Counted from the first letter of the stretch, positions 12,780-27,109 are shown. The stretch is 64,000 nt of DNA from Epiperipatus broadwayi (GCA_028023455.1 JAQFVV010000007.1:15810001-15874000), one strand, 5' to 3'. The notes: generated by a model not told the origin, from the letters alone. A program made the numbers and translations.

Positions 12780-14540
12780 TATATATGACTATGTTATTAA
12801 GGATTGAATATTTCAAATTTTGTAAAATGATGGGAAAAAGAATTGATAATGTTATAAGAAAGTATAATTGTGAACTAGCAAGAAAAACTGTAGAAGAGAA
12901 TAAAAGTCTTAAGAGTGTAAAACAACATTTTGATATTGATAGGAAACTTGTATCTGCAATAGAAAAAAATATGAAACTATTACTAAAAAGAAAGGTGGTA
13001 TCATGAAATGGTAGAAAGAGTTCTATGTAGTAATAAAGAACAAGAACTTCCTTCATCTATTATATCTTCTGAATTGCTCATGATTTTAAATGAAGAAGTG
13101 AGACATGCAATTAAATTTATGAAGAAGGGGAATAGCTCCAGGTAATGATGGAATTATAATCGATATATTAAAAAAAGCAGGGGAAGAAATAGAAAAAAAT
13201 TTGGCAGTTATATACCAAATGTCTAAATGATAAAGATGTACCAGTTGATTGGGAAAATGCAGTATTAATATTATTTAAAAAAAAGTGATAAAGAATATAT
13301 TAGAAATTACAGACCTATCAGTTTTTTATCAGTTTTATACAAAATGTTTACCAAGATAATTATAACTCCTCTACAGAGAATATTGGATTTCAACCAACCA
13401 AAAGAACAAACTGGATTTAAAAGTGATTTTAGCACAGTAGATCATATCCAAGTATTGAGAAAAGTTATAAAAAGAATCAATGAATATGAGATCCATTATG
13501 CTTTGGATTTGTAGATTATGAAAAGGCATTTGATTCTATAAGCATTTCATCAGTGATTAAAGCACTGGATGGATCATCAAGATATAGACGCAGGTATTAT
13601 CCTATTCTGAAGAATATTTATAAAAATGCAACAGCAACAATTAAATTATATAATGTTACTAGGAAGGTTAATGCTGAGAAGGGTATAAGACATGCTGGCT
13701 CCATATCTCCAAAACTTTTTACAGCAGTGTTGCAAGAAGTATTTTGTGGATTAAAATGGGAAGTTAAAGGAATAAAAATAAATGGAGATTATTTAAATCA
13801 TTTAGATTTTGAAGATGATGTAGTTGTTTTTGCAAATAATACTTTAGAGCTTCAGGAAATGTTGCAAAAGTTATAAGATGAAATTAACAAAGCATGACAA
13901 AAGGTAAATGTTAAAAAGACTAAAGTAATGTTCAATGGATTTTCTCAAAAGATGAAAATAAAGATTGATTATGATGAGTTAGAACTTAACAACTACAAAT
14001 ACCTTGGTCATATTATTACTACAGATGGAAACATAATGGATGAAATTAATCATAGAATTAAACTTAGTTGGAGTATTTTTGATAGACATATCTTAATATT
14101 AAAATATGCCTATGTATTTGAAAAGGAAGCTTTTTAATAAATGTATTTTACCAGTTTTTACTTATGGATCTGAGACTTGGACACTCAATAGAAGAGCAAT
14201 ATAAAAACTTCAGACCACCCAAAGAAAGTATGAAGAAATGCATGTAGGGAGTAATGACAAGAGATTGAACATACAAGTGTTACTAACATCGTTGAAAGAA
14301 TTAAAAGACTGAAATGGAGTTGGTCTGGACATATTGCTAGAAGAAATGATAATAGATGGGACAATTGAAATATTAAACTCAATTCCAAGAGATTGTAAAA
14401 AACCCAGAAGGAGACCACATGTAAGATGGATGAAGTAAGAAAATATACATGGGTGATGTAGAGAGGAGAAGTTAGAGATCAGAGATGGATTGAACTTGGA
14501 GAGATATTCATCCTGCAGTGAATTGATAATGGTTGTTGAT
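12780..14540 (+). mobile_element. 5'-truncated, decayed RTE-clade LINE (reverse transcriptase)
   Basis: PGNDGI, VPVDWENAVLILF, NYRPIS, QPKEQTGF, VDYEKAFDS, GIRHAGSISPKLF, LNHLDFEDDVVVFA, YKYLGH, YGSETW, WSWSGHIARR; 3' end CATCCTGCAGTG..TTGATAATGGTTG. Confidence 0.93.
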
Positions 14541-14717
14541 ATAATAACTATGTTATGTAGTTATATATCACTTGCATGCATGCTTATATACATGTGTATT
14601 TGTAAATTATTTTGTTTTGTTTTGTAGAAGAACAAAATGCAACAGAATACTTATATATGTATATTAATATAAACCAGAAGTTTTAGATCAACTAAAATTT
14701 CAATTCATAATTTTGAA

Positions 14718-14796
14718 TACAGTCACATAAGATGCACCCCATATTTTAGACATATTTTGAAGGGGGGGTGCATCTTATATGCCAGAAAATATGGTA
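14718..14796. mobile_element. pogo/Tigger-like MITE fragment
   Basis: Inverted TAAGATGCACCCC / GGGGTGCATCTTA ending in GAAAATATGGTA. Confidence 0.5.
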
Positions 14797-15069
14797 TGTA
14801 TTTGCAGACATCTGTATTTAAAAGTAATCACTCATGTAGACAGATTATTACAATAAAGCTACTCAATAATTATTATTGCTACTGCTACTACTATTCATTT
14901 TAAAGTTAACTTTATTTGTGATAACAATGAGTACATTTGTGGTGATTAGCTTACACAACAATTAATTATTGACAAATAAATTGTGGTACATCTTGTAGAC
15001 ATAAGAAACACTTTACAATTAACAAAATATATTTACAATTATTAGACAAATATTTAAAACTATTATGGA

Positions 15070-15155
15070 ATCCGCAGTGCTGGTGAAAGTGATATTAAGT
15101 TCCATGTGGCTGCAAAAATGCCAGAGGATCCATGAGTTTGATCCTGGATTAAATT
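15070..15155 (+). mobile_element. tRNA-derived SINE head fragment
   Basis: GCTGGTGAAAGTG (A-box-like) and GAGTTTGATCC (B-box-like). Confidence 0.4.
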
Positions 15156-15197
15156 TTCTCAAGTTTATTACAAACAAGAGATGGTAACTTTCAAGAC

Positions 15198-15471
15198 TAA
15201 AACAGGCAAAACTCTATACATATTGTCACTCAATGCAAGCCAAAGAAATCAATGGATGCCATAAGGCTTGTGCATAAAATCCCCATCTAATGCCTACTCA
15301 TCCAATATCCCCAGACTAGTTTCTCGCTTGTGGTCTTCATCAGTGAGGAGTCTCAGATCTGAGCACTGCACCTAGATCTTAGATGGGAATTTTATGCACA
15401 AGCTTTCTGGCATCCATTGATTACTCTGGCTTGCACTGAGTGGCAATACGTATAGAGTTTTGCCTGTTTTA
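15198..15471 (-). mobile_element. Family C element, fold-back form (~93-bp inverted arms around the HHR)
   Basis: Arms 15198-15290 and 15379-15471 are near-complementary; the spacer holds the HHR. Confidence 0.9.
15309..15348 (-). ncRNA. Minimal type-I hammerhead motif, family C
   Basis: CCUCA CUGAUGA AGACCACAAGCGA GAAA CUAGUC UGGGG: 5-bp helix I, palindromic ACUAGU, GUC site; helix II poorly paired. Confidence 0.8.
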
Positions 15472-15981
15472 ATAACAGTTAAGAGCAAGCATAAGAAATA
15501 GTTATCATGTGATGTTTATTAATTTTCAAGATGTTGGATTGAAACAGAAATGACATCTCAGAAACAGTAAAGGAATAATGTAATAATTCTAATTTTTGAA
15601 AGTAGACCTTTCCTTATGCTATTTATTAGTATGGAAAGTCAGGGGGTTGATGATTTGATGATTGTGCCCTGTAAAAATGTGATATGTTTGTAGAGCTGGA
15701 TATAGAGTTAGGAAATTATCTATAGTTTCTTTTTTTCAGTGACAATCAATTGATAAATATCATTATGTGAACATGTGTAATAATTCTGTACTATAATCAG
15801 ATTGAACCTACCCTATCTAGACATAAGAAATTACATTCCTTATTTGTAGATTTTTTTTTTACTGTTATAAGCTCCTTTATGTCATTCTACACTTTCTAAT
15901 AAGATTAGTTGCTCTGAACTATTAATTGAAGATTTTTGGTTTAGTATAAAAATTGATGATACATTTTTATTTATATGCTAA

Positions 15982-16404
15982 TTATGTTTTTTCTTCTGTT
16001 TTGACAATTTTCTCAGCATCCTCTGATGATGATTGAGAAGAAGCTAAATGTATATCTTTTGTGTCCTTCATTTCTATGCTATTAGAAATTATTTTTTTTA
16101 ATTGATTATTTTTATGGGTTTGTTGTGTATAGAATTTGCATTGGTTTAATATGCTATCTTTCTTTTGTTGCTTAATGTCAAGTTGATTATTTTTGTTATC
16201 AGTAATACATAAAGTAGGACTGCTGAGATCAGAAGGATTGGATTGTAGTTGTTGAAAGGATGTGTTTTCATATTGTAGAGATTGGTTCTTTTGCTTACTG
16301 GTGTGTTTTAGTATTTTTGAGACCACATCATTTTCAAAAGCTCTCTGGACAGTTTTTAATGATGTGGTCTCTGGCTTTGGAGTAGAAACATTGTGGAGGT
16401 ACAC
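15982..16404 (-). CDS. Candidate terminal coding exon of an unknown antisense gene
   Basis: 140 open codons (VYLHNVSTPKPETTSLK...EEKT*) starting in phase 0 directly after the acceptor CTTACTTTCAAG; no homology recognised. Confidence 0.4.
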   Translation of the reverse strand: MYLHNVSTPKPETTSLKTVQRAFENDVVSKILKHTSKQKNQSLQYENTSFQQLQSNPSDLSSPTLCITDNKNNQLDIKQQKKDSILNQCKFYTQQTHKNNQLKKIISNSIEMKDTKDIHLASSQSSSEDAEKIVKTEEKT

Positions 16405-17799
16405 CTTGAAAGTAAGAATTAATGATGTGTTAATGTCATATAATGTAGGAATGTCATTGGCATGCACTACTATTACTACTTATAATGAAAATGTAGTTGT
16501 CAGTTAAAGACACTGGATTAAAAAAAAGAATACGTTATTCATCAAAAATTAAACTGAGCTTTAATTCTCAAGTTATGTACTTTACAACTGTGTCAAACTG
16601 CACAGGACAGTCACAGATTGAAACATGGTTTAAGAAGTGATATAGTTAGTTTGGTGAATAGAATAGAATCTGCCCATTCTTAGAGTCTTCACCATCCAGA
16701 AATTAGTGACGTGATTAATTAGAAGTGATTTAACTATTAAAAATAGAAATTAATTATTTTCTGTAAGTTTTGATGAACTTCTTAACCATATAAAAAACAC
16801 CACTTATATTTCATCTTTTAATTTCATTTAACCAATGAAATTTAAATATATATATATTTTTCAATGAGAATATCTGCGATATTCAATGATTCTAAGAACA
16901 AGATGTTTCTTATGATCAGCCTTCCCATTTTGGAAATTATCAAAGAAAGATTCAAAAACACTCAAATCAATACCGAGTTTTCATAACTTCCTCTTGTCAT
17001 ATATATAGTGTTCTGATTAATATGTTTGAGACTTTTTATAAATCTTAATTATCATTCTTATTTTCCTCTATGATATTCCTTTAATCTTGTTTCAAAATTA
17101 CTATTAAAATTTATTCAATTTTTAAAATAAATATTGGCTTGGACCTGTTTTCATTCAATACCCTACATTGGTTTGGAGTTATGCTCTTAAATGTATTGGT
17201 TGAAATTATGCTTTTAAAAAAAGATATATTATGTCCAGCCCTGCTGACTAAAGCAAGACATGTAACTAAATAATATCAAAGTCCAAATAGTAGAGAGATA
17301 CCCAGATCCATTCTGTGTTTATTGTTATAGTGTCTAACAATGTTGTAAACAAAAATCCTACATTGTAGATGCATTCAAAGCTCCAACATTTTTCAAATAA
17401 CAATTCTGGGATTTATTATATAATAATAAGATATTTCACAATCATATTAATGGTATATATCAAAAATTGTATATTAAGCTCTTTGCCTGAAGGCAGGAGG
17501 ATATTCCATAAGTTTTATTTTAAAAATGTTTGAAAATGTGATTCTACCTACAGTGTACATGTCTTGTTTACAACATCATTGTACATTGTAACAAAAGCAC
17601 AGAATGAAATCATGTGTCTCTCTGCTAATTGAATTAAGATTTTATTTAATCATGTACTTTACTTATTGTCAATAGGCTGTACATAATGTCAGTTTTTTTA
17701 CAGAGCATAATTTTAACTGTGGCTTTTAACAATATAACTCTACAATATATGTAGTTTACAAAACAAGAGCTTGGGTCTGCAATATTCTGTTTGAAAATT

Positions 17800-18070
17800 T
17801 AATTAATTTTAAGAGTGTTTTAAAAATGAAATTAAAGAAATATGAGAAGAGAAAAGATGCAATGATAATCAGATTCTGTGAGAGTCTAGAATATATAGCT
17901 TTGGCATGTTTTGTTATCCGTGCATAAGCCGTCTTCACAACTCCACCATATCACAATCATCTACCAATACAGAATCTCAAACTTCCTCCTTACTGTGCAT
18001 GAATTTCATGGACTACCTTCATTTATAAGATAAGAAATAGCTACATCTATTTAATTTCCATGTTATGTGC
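17800..18070 (-). mobile_element. RTE-type LINE 3' fragment
   Basis: Minus strand GGVVKTAYARITKHAKAIYSRLSQ resembles GHVVRM..R.PK..Y.EL. Confidence 0.45.
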
Positions 18071-19255
18071 TAACATTAGTGTTTTGCCATTATTTGGTAC
18101 TCACTAATTTATGTTAGCCTTTTGCAGTTAACCTACATCCTGAAAGCATGAAGTCTATCTCATTATTAAGATATTTTATTCTAGTTTTCTATTAAACTCT
18201 AATTGCCTGGTAACAAAACATGTATTAAAGAATTTTAGTTGGATGCTCCTTGGAAATAAACACGCAGTAAAGTTATTATATTATTATTTTTATGTGCTAC
18301 CAAGTTAGCACCAGCTCTTAATGATCATATAAATAGTATTATAATTTATGACATTTAGCACACTGGAGAATTGTTCAATTGCTTTTTCCAAAACATGAAG
18401 CATTGTTTAGCTATTGACACATCTGTGACCAATTGTCACAGATATCAGTAATGAAACATTAAGAAACATAAACAAAACAATATGAATAAAGCAAAACAAA
18501 ATAAAAATGAAGTAAACAAAATAGTAAACATAATGCATAGTAAAATAAAAATACAGTAAACAAAATACTAAGTATAATGCAAAGCAAATTAGATGTAAGA
18601 TAATCAAGGTATGGGAAAGGTAAACAGCTCCTCCTCCTGAAGATTTTTAGAGAAAAAGTGAAACACAGTTATAAATTTTAATATATAACAGTAATCAATA
18701 ACATGCTTTGAGACCACAGCTTAATTAAATCTGTATTTGCTAGATGTTATCCGGCAAGAGTTTTTTTCATGTTGTTATTAATAGCACATGGCTTCAGTTT
18801 ACGAGTATTCTAGGCATGTTTGTGCGTGTGTGTGTGTAAAGGGGGGGGGGATTCCAGGTTTTTTTATTTAAATAATATTTAATCAATTATCGTTTTATTG
18901 ATAAGCATATCTATTGCTTCATTATCTTTTCTAGTTTTATAAACGAGACATATAATTTTGTTATTTTAAGCCTTGAAGTTTAGGGAAGAAGGGGTATTTC
19001 AGAATTAAAGAAAGTATCCTTTTTGTTTCATATAATGCTTTCGGCAAATAGTGATTCTGAAGGGCATAAAAGCTTATAAGACCATATGTCAATTGTCCCA
19101 AATGCATTTTTTTTTTTAGCCAATATTTTGCTTTCCATTATAGATTTTAAAAAAAAAAAGGTCATGTGTATTATAAGTCAGTTTATCCAAGAGATTTATT
19201 ACGTTCGTAGCACATCAGTAGTAAAATATCAGCAGTATGTATATATATGGGTCTA

Positions 19256-19505
19256 CATCATCATCATCATCATCAACCATTATCAATCCACTGCAGGATG
19301 AAGGTCTCTCCAAGTTCAATCCATCTCCGATCTTTTGCTTCTCTTCTCCATATCACCCCTGCACACGTTCTTATTTCATCCATCCATCTCACATGTGGTC
19401 TCTTTCTGGGTCTTTTATACAATCTTTTGGAATCCAGTTTAAAATTTCAATTGTCTATCTATTAATATCTCTTCGAGTATTATGTCCAGCTCAACTCACT
19501 TGTCT
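19256..19505 (-). mobile_element. 3' end of the same RTE family as 12780-14540, with (GAT)n tail
   Basis: Reverse complement aligns with ~14300-14540; (CAT)n on + is the tail. Confidence 0.9.
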
Positions 19506-21990
19506 TTGTGTTACATATGGAGTTATATGTATACATGCAAAAAGCACAGACACACATTCATTAAATGTTTAGACTGTAGGCTAGTAAACTTCTGAAGTAG
19601 TATTCAACTATGACAATGGATATGCCTTGATCATCATCATTGGTGTTTTTGTGATAATGGTTTTCTATTATTTGCCATTGCTTTAACACTAATTTAAAAT
19701 CCAAAAGTGTGTTTTATGTGTAACCATTTTAGGCATCAGTCTGGAATCTCACAGATGTAAATGGCTCAAAGTTGTATTCATAAAATTAGGGTTTTATAGA
19801 AAGCCCCTGTGCCTTGAGTTCTGAAAAGTTTAAGTACCACAGTAGTAATATTCCAATATTTATGACTATATAATAAAATTTTAAGAATTCTTTGCATTAT
19901 ATACAGTATATGTCACAAAAATGTGACTGTTTGTCCAAGCTGCAGCATTGTTTGTGTATCAGTGCATGTATTATATAATGACAATTTAGTTATTTTTCAC
20001 AAAAATTTTAAGGTACTAGCATGCCTGGGTCAAGAATTATGACAAATATGAGTTTGTTTTCTATCTTCATTAGTTATCTTCGATGCTCTCTTGTAAAACA
20101 GTTTGGAACATCGTTGTGTCTCATAGCTTCATTATCATGCAAAATTTGAATTATTTAAATATTTCAGTAGCAGTTATGCCTAATTTAAAACAAAATTTAA
20201 TTTTAACCTGTTGTTTCATCATCATTAATTAAAGTAAAAAACACACTGTCTTATGTCATAATTCATTGATCCATCATGAGTTTTTGCTGTAAGCAGTCAG
20301 TTACCATTCAGTGTGGACACACCATGTGGATTTCCAAACTTTTACCATCTGTGATAATTTTTTTTTTAAAAAAAAACTTCTGCTATTATATAGGGTCTAA
20401 AACAAATGTCATTCTAAAGTGTGACTTGGATTATGATCAGTGAGTTGACCCACAATTACTGATTTAAGTCTATGTCCAAACTTTTGTTTTAATCTAAAAT
20501 TGTTGTTACTAATTATGCATATTTACCCGTTGGTGATGACAATTGGTTCATAAAGTAAAATCTCTAGTATATATATAAAAAAAAAACAATTTAAGAAAAT
20601 ATTGTATTTGCTATTTTAAATTCAAAATATTACAAAAAAAAAAAAAGATTAAAAAGATTAAGCTTAAATTGGAAAAAGTGATTAAATAATAAATAAACAC
20701 TTTACTCAGTATATTATTAAAAAGAAAAACAACTAATGTGGTTAAATGTACTATTTAAAACCATATCGGTAGCTATGATTTTAAAAGAAAATATATATAT
20801 AATTTTTTCCATTGCTGATCACCATTTTATAAACTTTTTACATAGCTACAGAATTTATTTGAATTAAAATAAAGCATGAAGAAGAAAAAAAAAACTAACA
20901 ACAGTGCATATTTTAAAATTAAATTAAAAAATTAATACAATGTACATTTTGAAACTTACTTTTCGCCCACTTTATGTTACAATTATTTTTTTTTTTTTAA
21001 CTTTTGTAATTTCTTACTATGTTTTTTTTTTGCAGACTGTTAATTTTTTTTTTTTTAATCACAGTTTTTCTTTTACACAAATACAATAAAATTAAATAGT
21101 ATTTTGGTAAAGAAATGTTATGTGCTGTTGGTTACTGTAGTTTTAATAATATATGTAAATTATTCATTTTTTTTTTTTTTTTTGCTAATCTATGTTAAAA
21201 TTTTTTTTTTTTTTTATCAATCTGTAAGTTTTTTTATTATTTTTATTTATTCATTTTTAAAATTCAATTTATTGAAAAACATTATTTGATTGAAAAATTA
21301 TATGTAATTTTTTTTTTATAAAAACATATAATTACATAATATAGTTAATAGATACATATTTATTGCCTAGGCATATGACCTGTGGTCATACTTGTAAATT
21401 TTTTAGATTACTAAAATAATTTGTCTTTTCAATAATTTTAACTAATTCAGATAGATACTGAATAATGATTGTAAGTGGGTATCTGGTTATTTTTAACACA
21501 AAGAAAGAAATGGAAAATTTATTGACACTATTTTAATTTGGCAGTTGGCAAAACTAGTGATTAACGATTTTTTTTTTTGCTGCATCTTTGTAGATAGAAG
21601 TGATACCGAAAATTCATCTCTATAGTTGATCTGTAAAGGTTTTTTTAAAATAGAATGTTTAATTCTACAAACTTTACTTATATAATAAATTAAAAGTAAT
21701 ATGATTGTTTTATACCAAAAGAAATATTGAAAATATTAATTACAAATGTAATATATTTTCATTGCCAATTATTTTTGTCAAACATTTGTCTTTGATAAGA
21801 GTTCACCACTGAAAATATATCGGAATTGTATTTAATATTTTCATTGGGTTTTTTCCCTTCGGAATATCTGCTATTAAGATCACTTTTAATTTCTTACATT
21901 GTAGTGATGTAGTTATTATAATTTTATAGTGTCAATTTAATTAAAAGTTAAAAAACAAAGTTCATCAAATATATTTCTTTTTTTTTTCAT

Positions 21991-22080
21991 GTGTCATAGC
22001 ATCGGCCGGGACGCAAACCCGCAACCCGGGCAACTGCTTATAAGGCAGTCGCGCTGACCTCTCGACCACCAATGCAAGAC
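21991..22080 (-). mobile_element. Young 90-bp tRNA-like retroposed insertion with target-site duplication
   Basis: Minus strand GCATTGG...CCGATGC acceptor stem, ACTGC-CTTATAA-GCAGT anticodon arm (TAT), degenerate T-loop; flanked by TATATTTC(T)nCAT at 21970-21990 and 22081-22098. Confidence 0.75.
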
Positions 22081-22914
22081 TATATTTCTTTTTTTCATTA
22101 GCTTTATAGCAATTATCCAATATATTTTTCACTTTGGTGTTTTTTTCTTTATTTGCAAATTTTAAATATGAATTTTTAGGATATTTTGCATTTTTTAAAT
22201 TTATATTTCTAACTAATGAAGTCCAATTTATTGAGTTTTAACATAAAATACAGATTTATTATTAAAATCAATTGTTGAATAATAATTTAAATTATCACTA
22301 GAGGAAAACAAAATATTTGAGAGTTGAGTTGAAGGTTAATTAAAAGTAAAAAAAAGTCATTTATGAATAGTATTAAAATTAAAAACTTTTTTAGCAGATT
22401 AAAAATATTTCTCCTATTCTTTTTTTGTGTACAAGAGAAATGAAAAGTTTTATGGTATTCTTTTACTATCTTTGCTAATGTGGATTTAAATTTTGTTTTA
22501 AAATAAACATTATCAGCTATGTCATTTCAATAAATTAATTTATATATTAAAAAAATATAATTTTTTTTTGTACTTTATATATATTCCTTTAGAAATAATA
22601 TTTATATACTTTTAGAAATAATAAAAAATAATATTCAGAAGAATATTTTTTTTAATAAATGTTATAGCTAAAAAAAAATTGGACAAACATTAAAAAAACA
22701 TATTTGCATAAATTAATGCTTTGATTTCATGTTTTCCATTTCAAATTATGTTTATAAAAACACTTTATATTTAAACATATACAATAGTGAGTGCATTTAA
22801 ATTCTCAAAAAGCACATGGTCAAAGGTTTATTCCCTTCTTATATTGCATACATAGTCAAGCGTTATATAAGTAGATTATTTATTACAGCAAATTCAAAAT
22901 TTCAATATTTTTTA

Positions 22915-24835
22915 GGTAATTATCAATTAGCCAATGCACGCCACTTGATGGCATTGTTGCTAGACAAAAGCGATTCAATATAACATTTCCTGGCGTAATT
23001 ATTTTTTTTAATGATTTTGAACTAACATTTTTGATTTTAGTCATTTGAAGTAATCTTTTTTATTTTACTCATTGATTTAAGTAATCTTTTTCATTTCAGT
23101 CATTGATTTACTAAATATTGGCCGCGATCTGTTTTTTAATTTTTTTTTAAACTTTGCTGCAAATTCAAGCAACACTTTTTGTTTAACTTTTGCCCGCTAT
23201 TTTTTTTTGTATAAATTCAAGTAATATTTTAATTTAATAAACAAAAACATTTTTCTCAGAAAGATTCAAACAAATAACAATGCAAAAATGTTTAAGTACT
23301 TTTATTTCCCAAATAATGCCTTTTGCCATTTATTTACTAAACAAACCCAAACATTTCTCTCATCAATACTTAAAGAAAGAAATCATAACACAACAATTTT
23401 TTGCTTTAAAATGTTTTATTAAATAAATATAAACTAAACTATTTAATACAATTATGACAATCTCCTTTAAACTGTACACTTTAAGAACAACTCAAACACT
23501 CCTGATGAGAATGCTGCTGCTGGCTCTTTCCTTCCGCTAATGTCATTTAATATGGCCCTGAGTCTTCTCTCCTGGGCATGCAGTGCCACAGAAACTTGCC
23601 CAGGTAGTTGTCGGTCTCTTCTGGCCATGCCCCACTGTCTCATTCTGCCACTTGAGCAAACCCCACAGGAGCTCTATATTCTGGGGGTGTGCACCTGTTG
23701 TAGGATTCACAAAATTGTAGCATGGTTAACTTTGAGATGCTGGAAACCAGCACCCTCCAGCTGCAAGTTTGGGTAACCTTTTCAGCAGTCTGACATAACA
23801 TTGGATCCGGCTTTGACATTGTCACATAGTGCTTTCACCAGGTTAGCAACAGAGCAGAAGGGAATGGCCACAGTGAAGCATTTCCCTGTCTCATGGCACA
23901 TCCCCTTGAACAGCCACTACTGCAGCAGTATCCTGTCCTGGTGGTTCTTCCAACATGTAAACATCTCATCTACCTCCACCATTAGTTTTGACCCATCTAC
24001 TTGAAGACATGGATAACACAGCAGAATCTGTCAGCACAGTTCATGCAGATCACCATTCTAACAAATGTCTCTTGAAATTTGGAGCTTCGCATGGGCATGT
24101 TGTTATGTCAGGATTGTCATGAGCCCAGTAATAAATGAGGCACAATACTTTGATGAAAGCAATTCTGGACCCTTCAAAGAAGTTGCCATTCCAAAGCAAA
24201 GTGGTCCAGCAACAGGAAGGTATCTTGCATTCAAATTTGTACGTTTTGTTATGCTTCAAGATCATACCCACTCCACAAACACTCTGCCTTGCAGAGGGGA
24301 GTTTATTCTGAGCCTGCAAGCCACTGCTTAGACCTTGGTGGCAGGGAATTTGGAAAATGTAACAAGCTGGCTTTTGCATGTGACCACTTTTTAATTCTCA
24401 CATATAAAATCTCATGAATGATGTGACTTGTGAAAATGCTTGTCCACCACATCCTTTCTCAAATTTTGACAATTGACAACATCTCTAGTCTAGTGATTGG
24501 CATTTCCAATGTTACAATTTTTAATAACTAATATCATGTTCGTTTAAATGATAAAAAAAAAAATGAAAAGTAAACATTTGCAAAATTTTTTCAAATTAAA
24601 ATCTAGAAACCCAAACAAGGTCTAATACTGTAAATGTTAATTGCGAGAGTTTCATAGCAATTGCTGAGCACATTGAAGGTGTCAAAGTATGAATTGCAAA
24701 AGACAATGGTCACAAAGAACACCTCACATTCATGGTATATATGTTTACGGTATAATGTATATATAGGCCTAGTAAATGGCATTTTTCTTTGCTTTTACAT
24801 CAAACGGGTTTACATTGGCTAATTGCAAATGATTA
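22915..24835 (-). mobile_element. Merlin (IS1016/ISXO2-like) DNA transposon, decayed; transposase remnant ~23495-24480
   Basis: Minus strand NGNFFEGSRI..KVLCLIYYWA, VEVDE, W.F.G, GSNVMSDC*KGY, HLKVNH, FVNPTTGAHPQNIE.LW; candidate imperfect TIR core CAATTAGCCAATG 22924-22936 / CATTGGCTAATTG 24813-24825; short tandem repeats at ~23030-23110. Confidence 0.85.
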
Positions 24836-25923
24836 AACATGAGATTCTATCTCCTGTTATGGAATAAATACATTCATACAATTAATTTGTCAAGCTATGT
24901 AACAGGTGCACAATAGGTTAAAGCCCTGATTTCAGCACAATGAGAAAAAGTTCACTTGTATAATAATTTCTAACATAACTAGTCCACTTGTGCTTTTTAA
25001 ACATGTGTGTGTGTGTATGGATAAGTGTATTTAAAGTTCTGAAAGTAGTCATTGTAAAATTTGGGAGGATCCATCTTTGCAATTGATTATGATATCAGTA
25101 TATTTATGTTTTAAAAATGTATATATAGCTATTGATAGAAGGGAATATAAGAAAGCAGAGATATTTATTTTTGATTATGCATAAAGTTTGAAATATTTAT
25201 TAGTAAAGAAAGATGAATATTTTTATTAGTTTGAGATATATATTTTCCTTTCTAAAATTATTATATATATATTATTGTAGTAGAAAATGTTGCAATTTTT
25301 TTTATCATCAATTATTATCTCCATTAGATTTTGTTGTATATATATATTTATTATTTTCTTGTTCTTCCCATTTTTTTGAAAATATTTTTTGCTTATGTTA
25401 TGCATTTGATTTACTTAATTTTAAGGTGTCATTTCAAAAGCTACCCTAATATATCAACTGCCAATAAAGTTGGACACATAGTAGAGAAAGCTTCTTATTC
25501 TATATTTGTTTATTATGTAATTAAAAGACCACTTTTCTGTAATGATGATCTAGATTTATAAAATGTAAAGAGTCTTTGAAGTAGGGAACTTTTATACAGG
25601 ATTTAAAGAACTAGCTTACTCATTCTGTCTCATGTCTAGTTATATATTATTTTGTTTTTAAGTATTAATTTCTTCATTTTTATATTATTATAATTTGGGC
25701 ATTAGCAAACTGGAACCTTTTAATTTTGTTGTATCATTACAATTTGCGGACCAAATTCTTAGATTATAATGAAGATTATATCATTATGATCATATATTCC
25801 ATTTTAATTTAGCTTTGATTTGTGGTGCACATTTGTTAATAAAGTTCTTTTTCTTTTACTATTTCAATTTTGTGCAAATCACGGGGTGTATTGATTAAGT
25901 TGAATCTTGCCCACCTGTACCAT

Positions 25924-25950
<27 letters not shown>
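25924..25950. repeat. (TA)n microsatellite
   Basis: Direct reading. Confidence 0.95.
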
Positions 25951-25956
<6 letters not shown>

Positions 25957-27109
25957 AAAAAAATAATTGTTCTTTAGAGCTTCTTTTGCACCTTAACCAA
26001 TTTAATCAAAAACTCCTTACTATTTTGAACTGGAGCTAGTGATTCTTAACATTAAATATTCTCCATATTGGGACATTTTATTTTTGCAATTAAACATTTT
26101 TTCTATATAATATGTTGATAATAATTAACATAATTTATTACAAATGTATACTTTCAAGCAATAGACATTTTATAACATATTTCTTTGTGTTTCAACAATA
26201 TAGTTGGGCATCATTGGTTTATGAGAACTAAATATTAAATTAGCCATTGGACAAGTTTTCCTATTCAAAATGTTAATAGAACAAATTATTAGATATATGT
26301 TATTAAAACTGAAATAAATTTTGGGTTAATTTTCATCAAAAAAAGAAAAAAAAAACTAAAAAAATATTATTTGTTATTAAAATTTTGGCAAATAGAAAAC
26401 TGCTACTGATATGCTGTAACAAACTTTTTAAGAGTTGTTTTTTTAAAAATAAATATTTTCAAAGACAATCTCCTATTAGTGTCATTGTTTTGGGTTTAAA
26501 AATAAGGCTTTTATAAAAACATTGCATCAGGACTATTAAATGCTCTCAGCCAATGAGAAATTCTTATTTCTTTTGACTTCTAGGCTATCTCATTCATGTC
26601 ATTATCAAACTAATAGGGTACTGTCAATCATGCAAAAGATCTTTATAATGCTGACATCATCAGATTTTTTTCAGCTAGTATGTTAAAGTTGTAGCCTAAA
26701 AAATGAAGCTGCCTAATGTATTATAAGGTTATAAATAAGTTTAAAATAATGTAGAAAAGATAGCAATCACAACACCATTATAATGATGTCAAAATCTACA
26801 TGAAAAAGTGATGCTTATTCAAGTCATTAAATCTATTAGGGGATTTCAATGTTCTGCTTTTTTCTTCCTTATTCATCTTTACTAGCATGCATCATTTTTT
26901 TTCTCACAATACCAAAAATTCTATTTATTATAATAGGCTTTATATGAGTAAATTTATAAGCTTTAAGTATCTGTAATATAATAACTTGATGAAGACTTTC
27001 AGGCAATACAGCTTGTGAGACACCAGCATTACTACAAGGCAGGTGCAAATCACAAAGTAAAGAACCATCAAAACATCACATCATTACCATTTCATATGCA
27101 TACATATGC

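Noticed and set aside
15198-15471. miRNA precursors for this and the other long hairpins
   Set aside because: The stems are arms of dispersed repeats; no recognisable miRNA seed family
19247-19465. Poly-His ORF (MGLHHHHHHQ)
   Set aside because: Antisense reading of the RTE (GAT)n tail
23540-24331. Plus-strand Cys-rich ORFs
   Set aside because: Shadow frames of the minus-strand Merlin transposase
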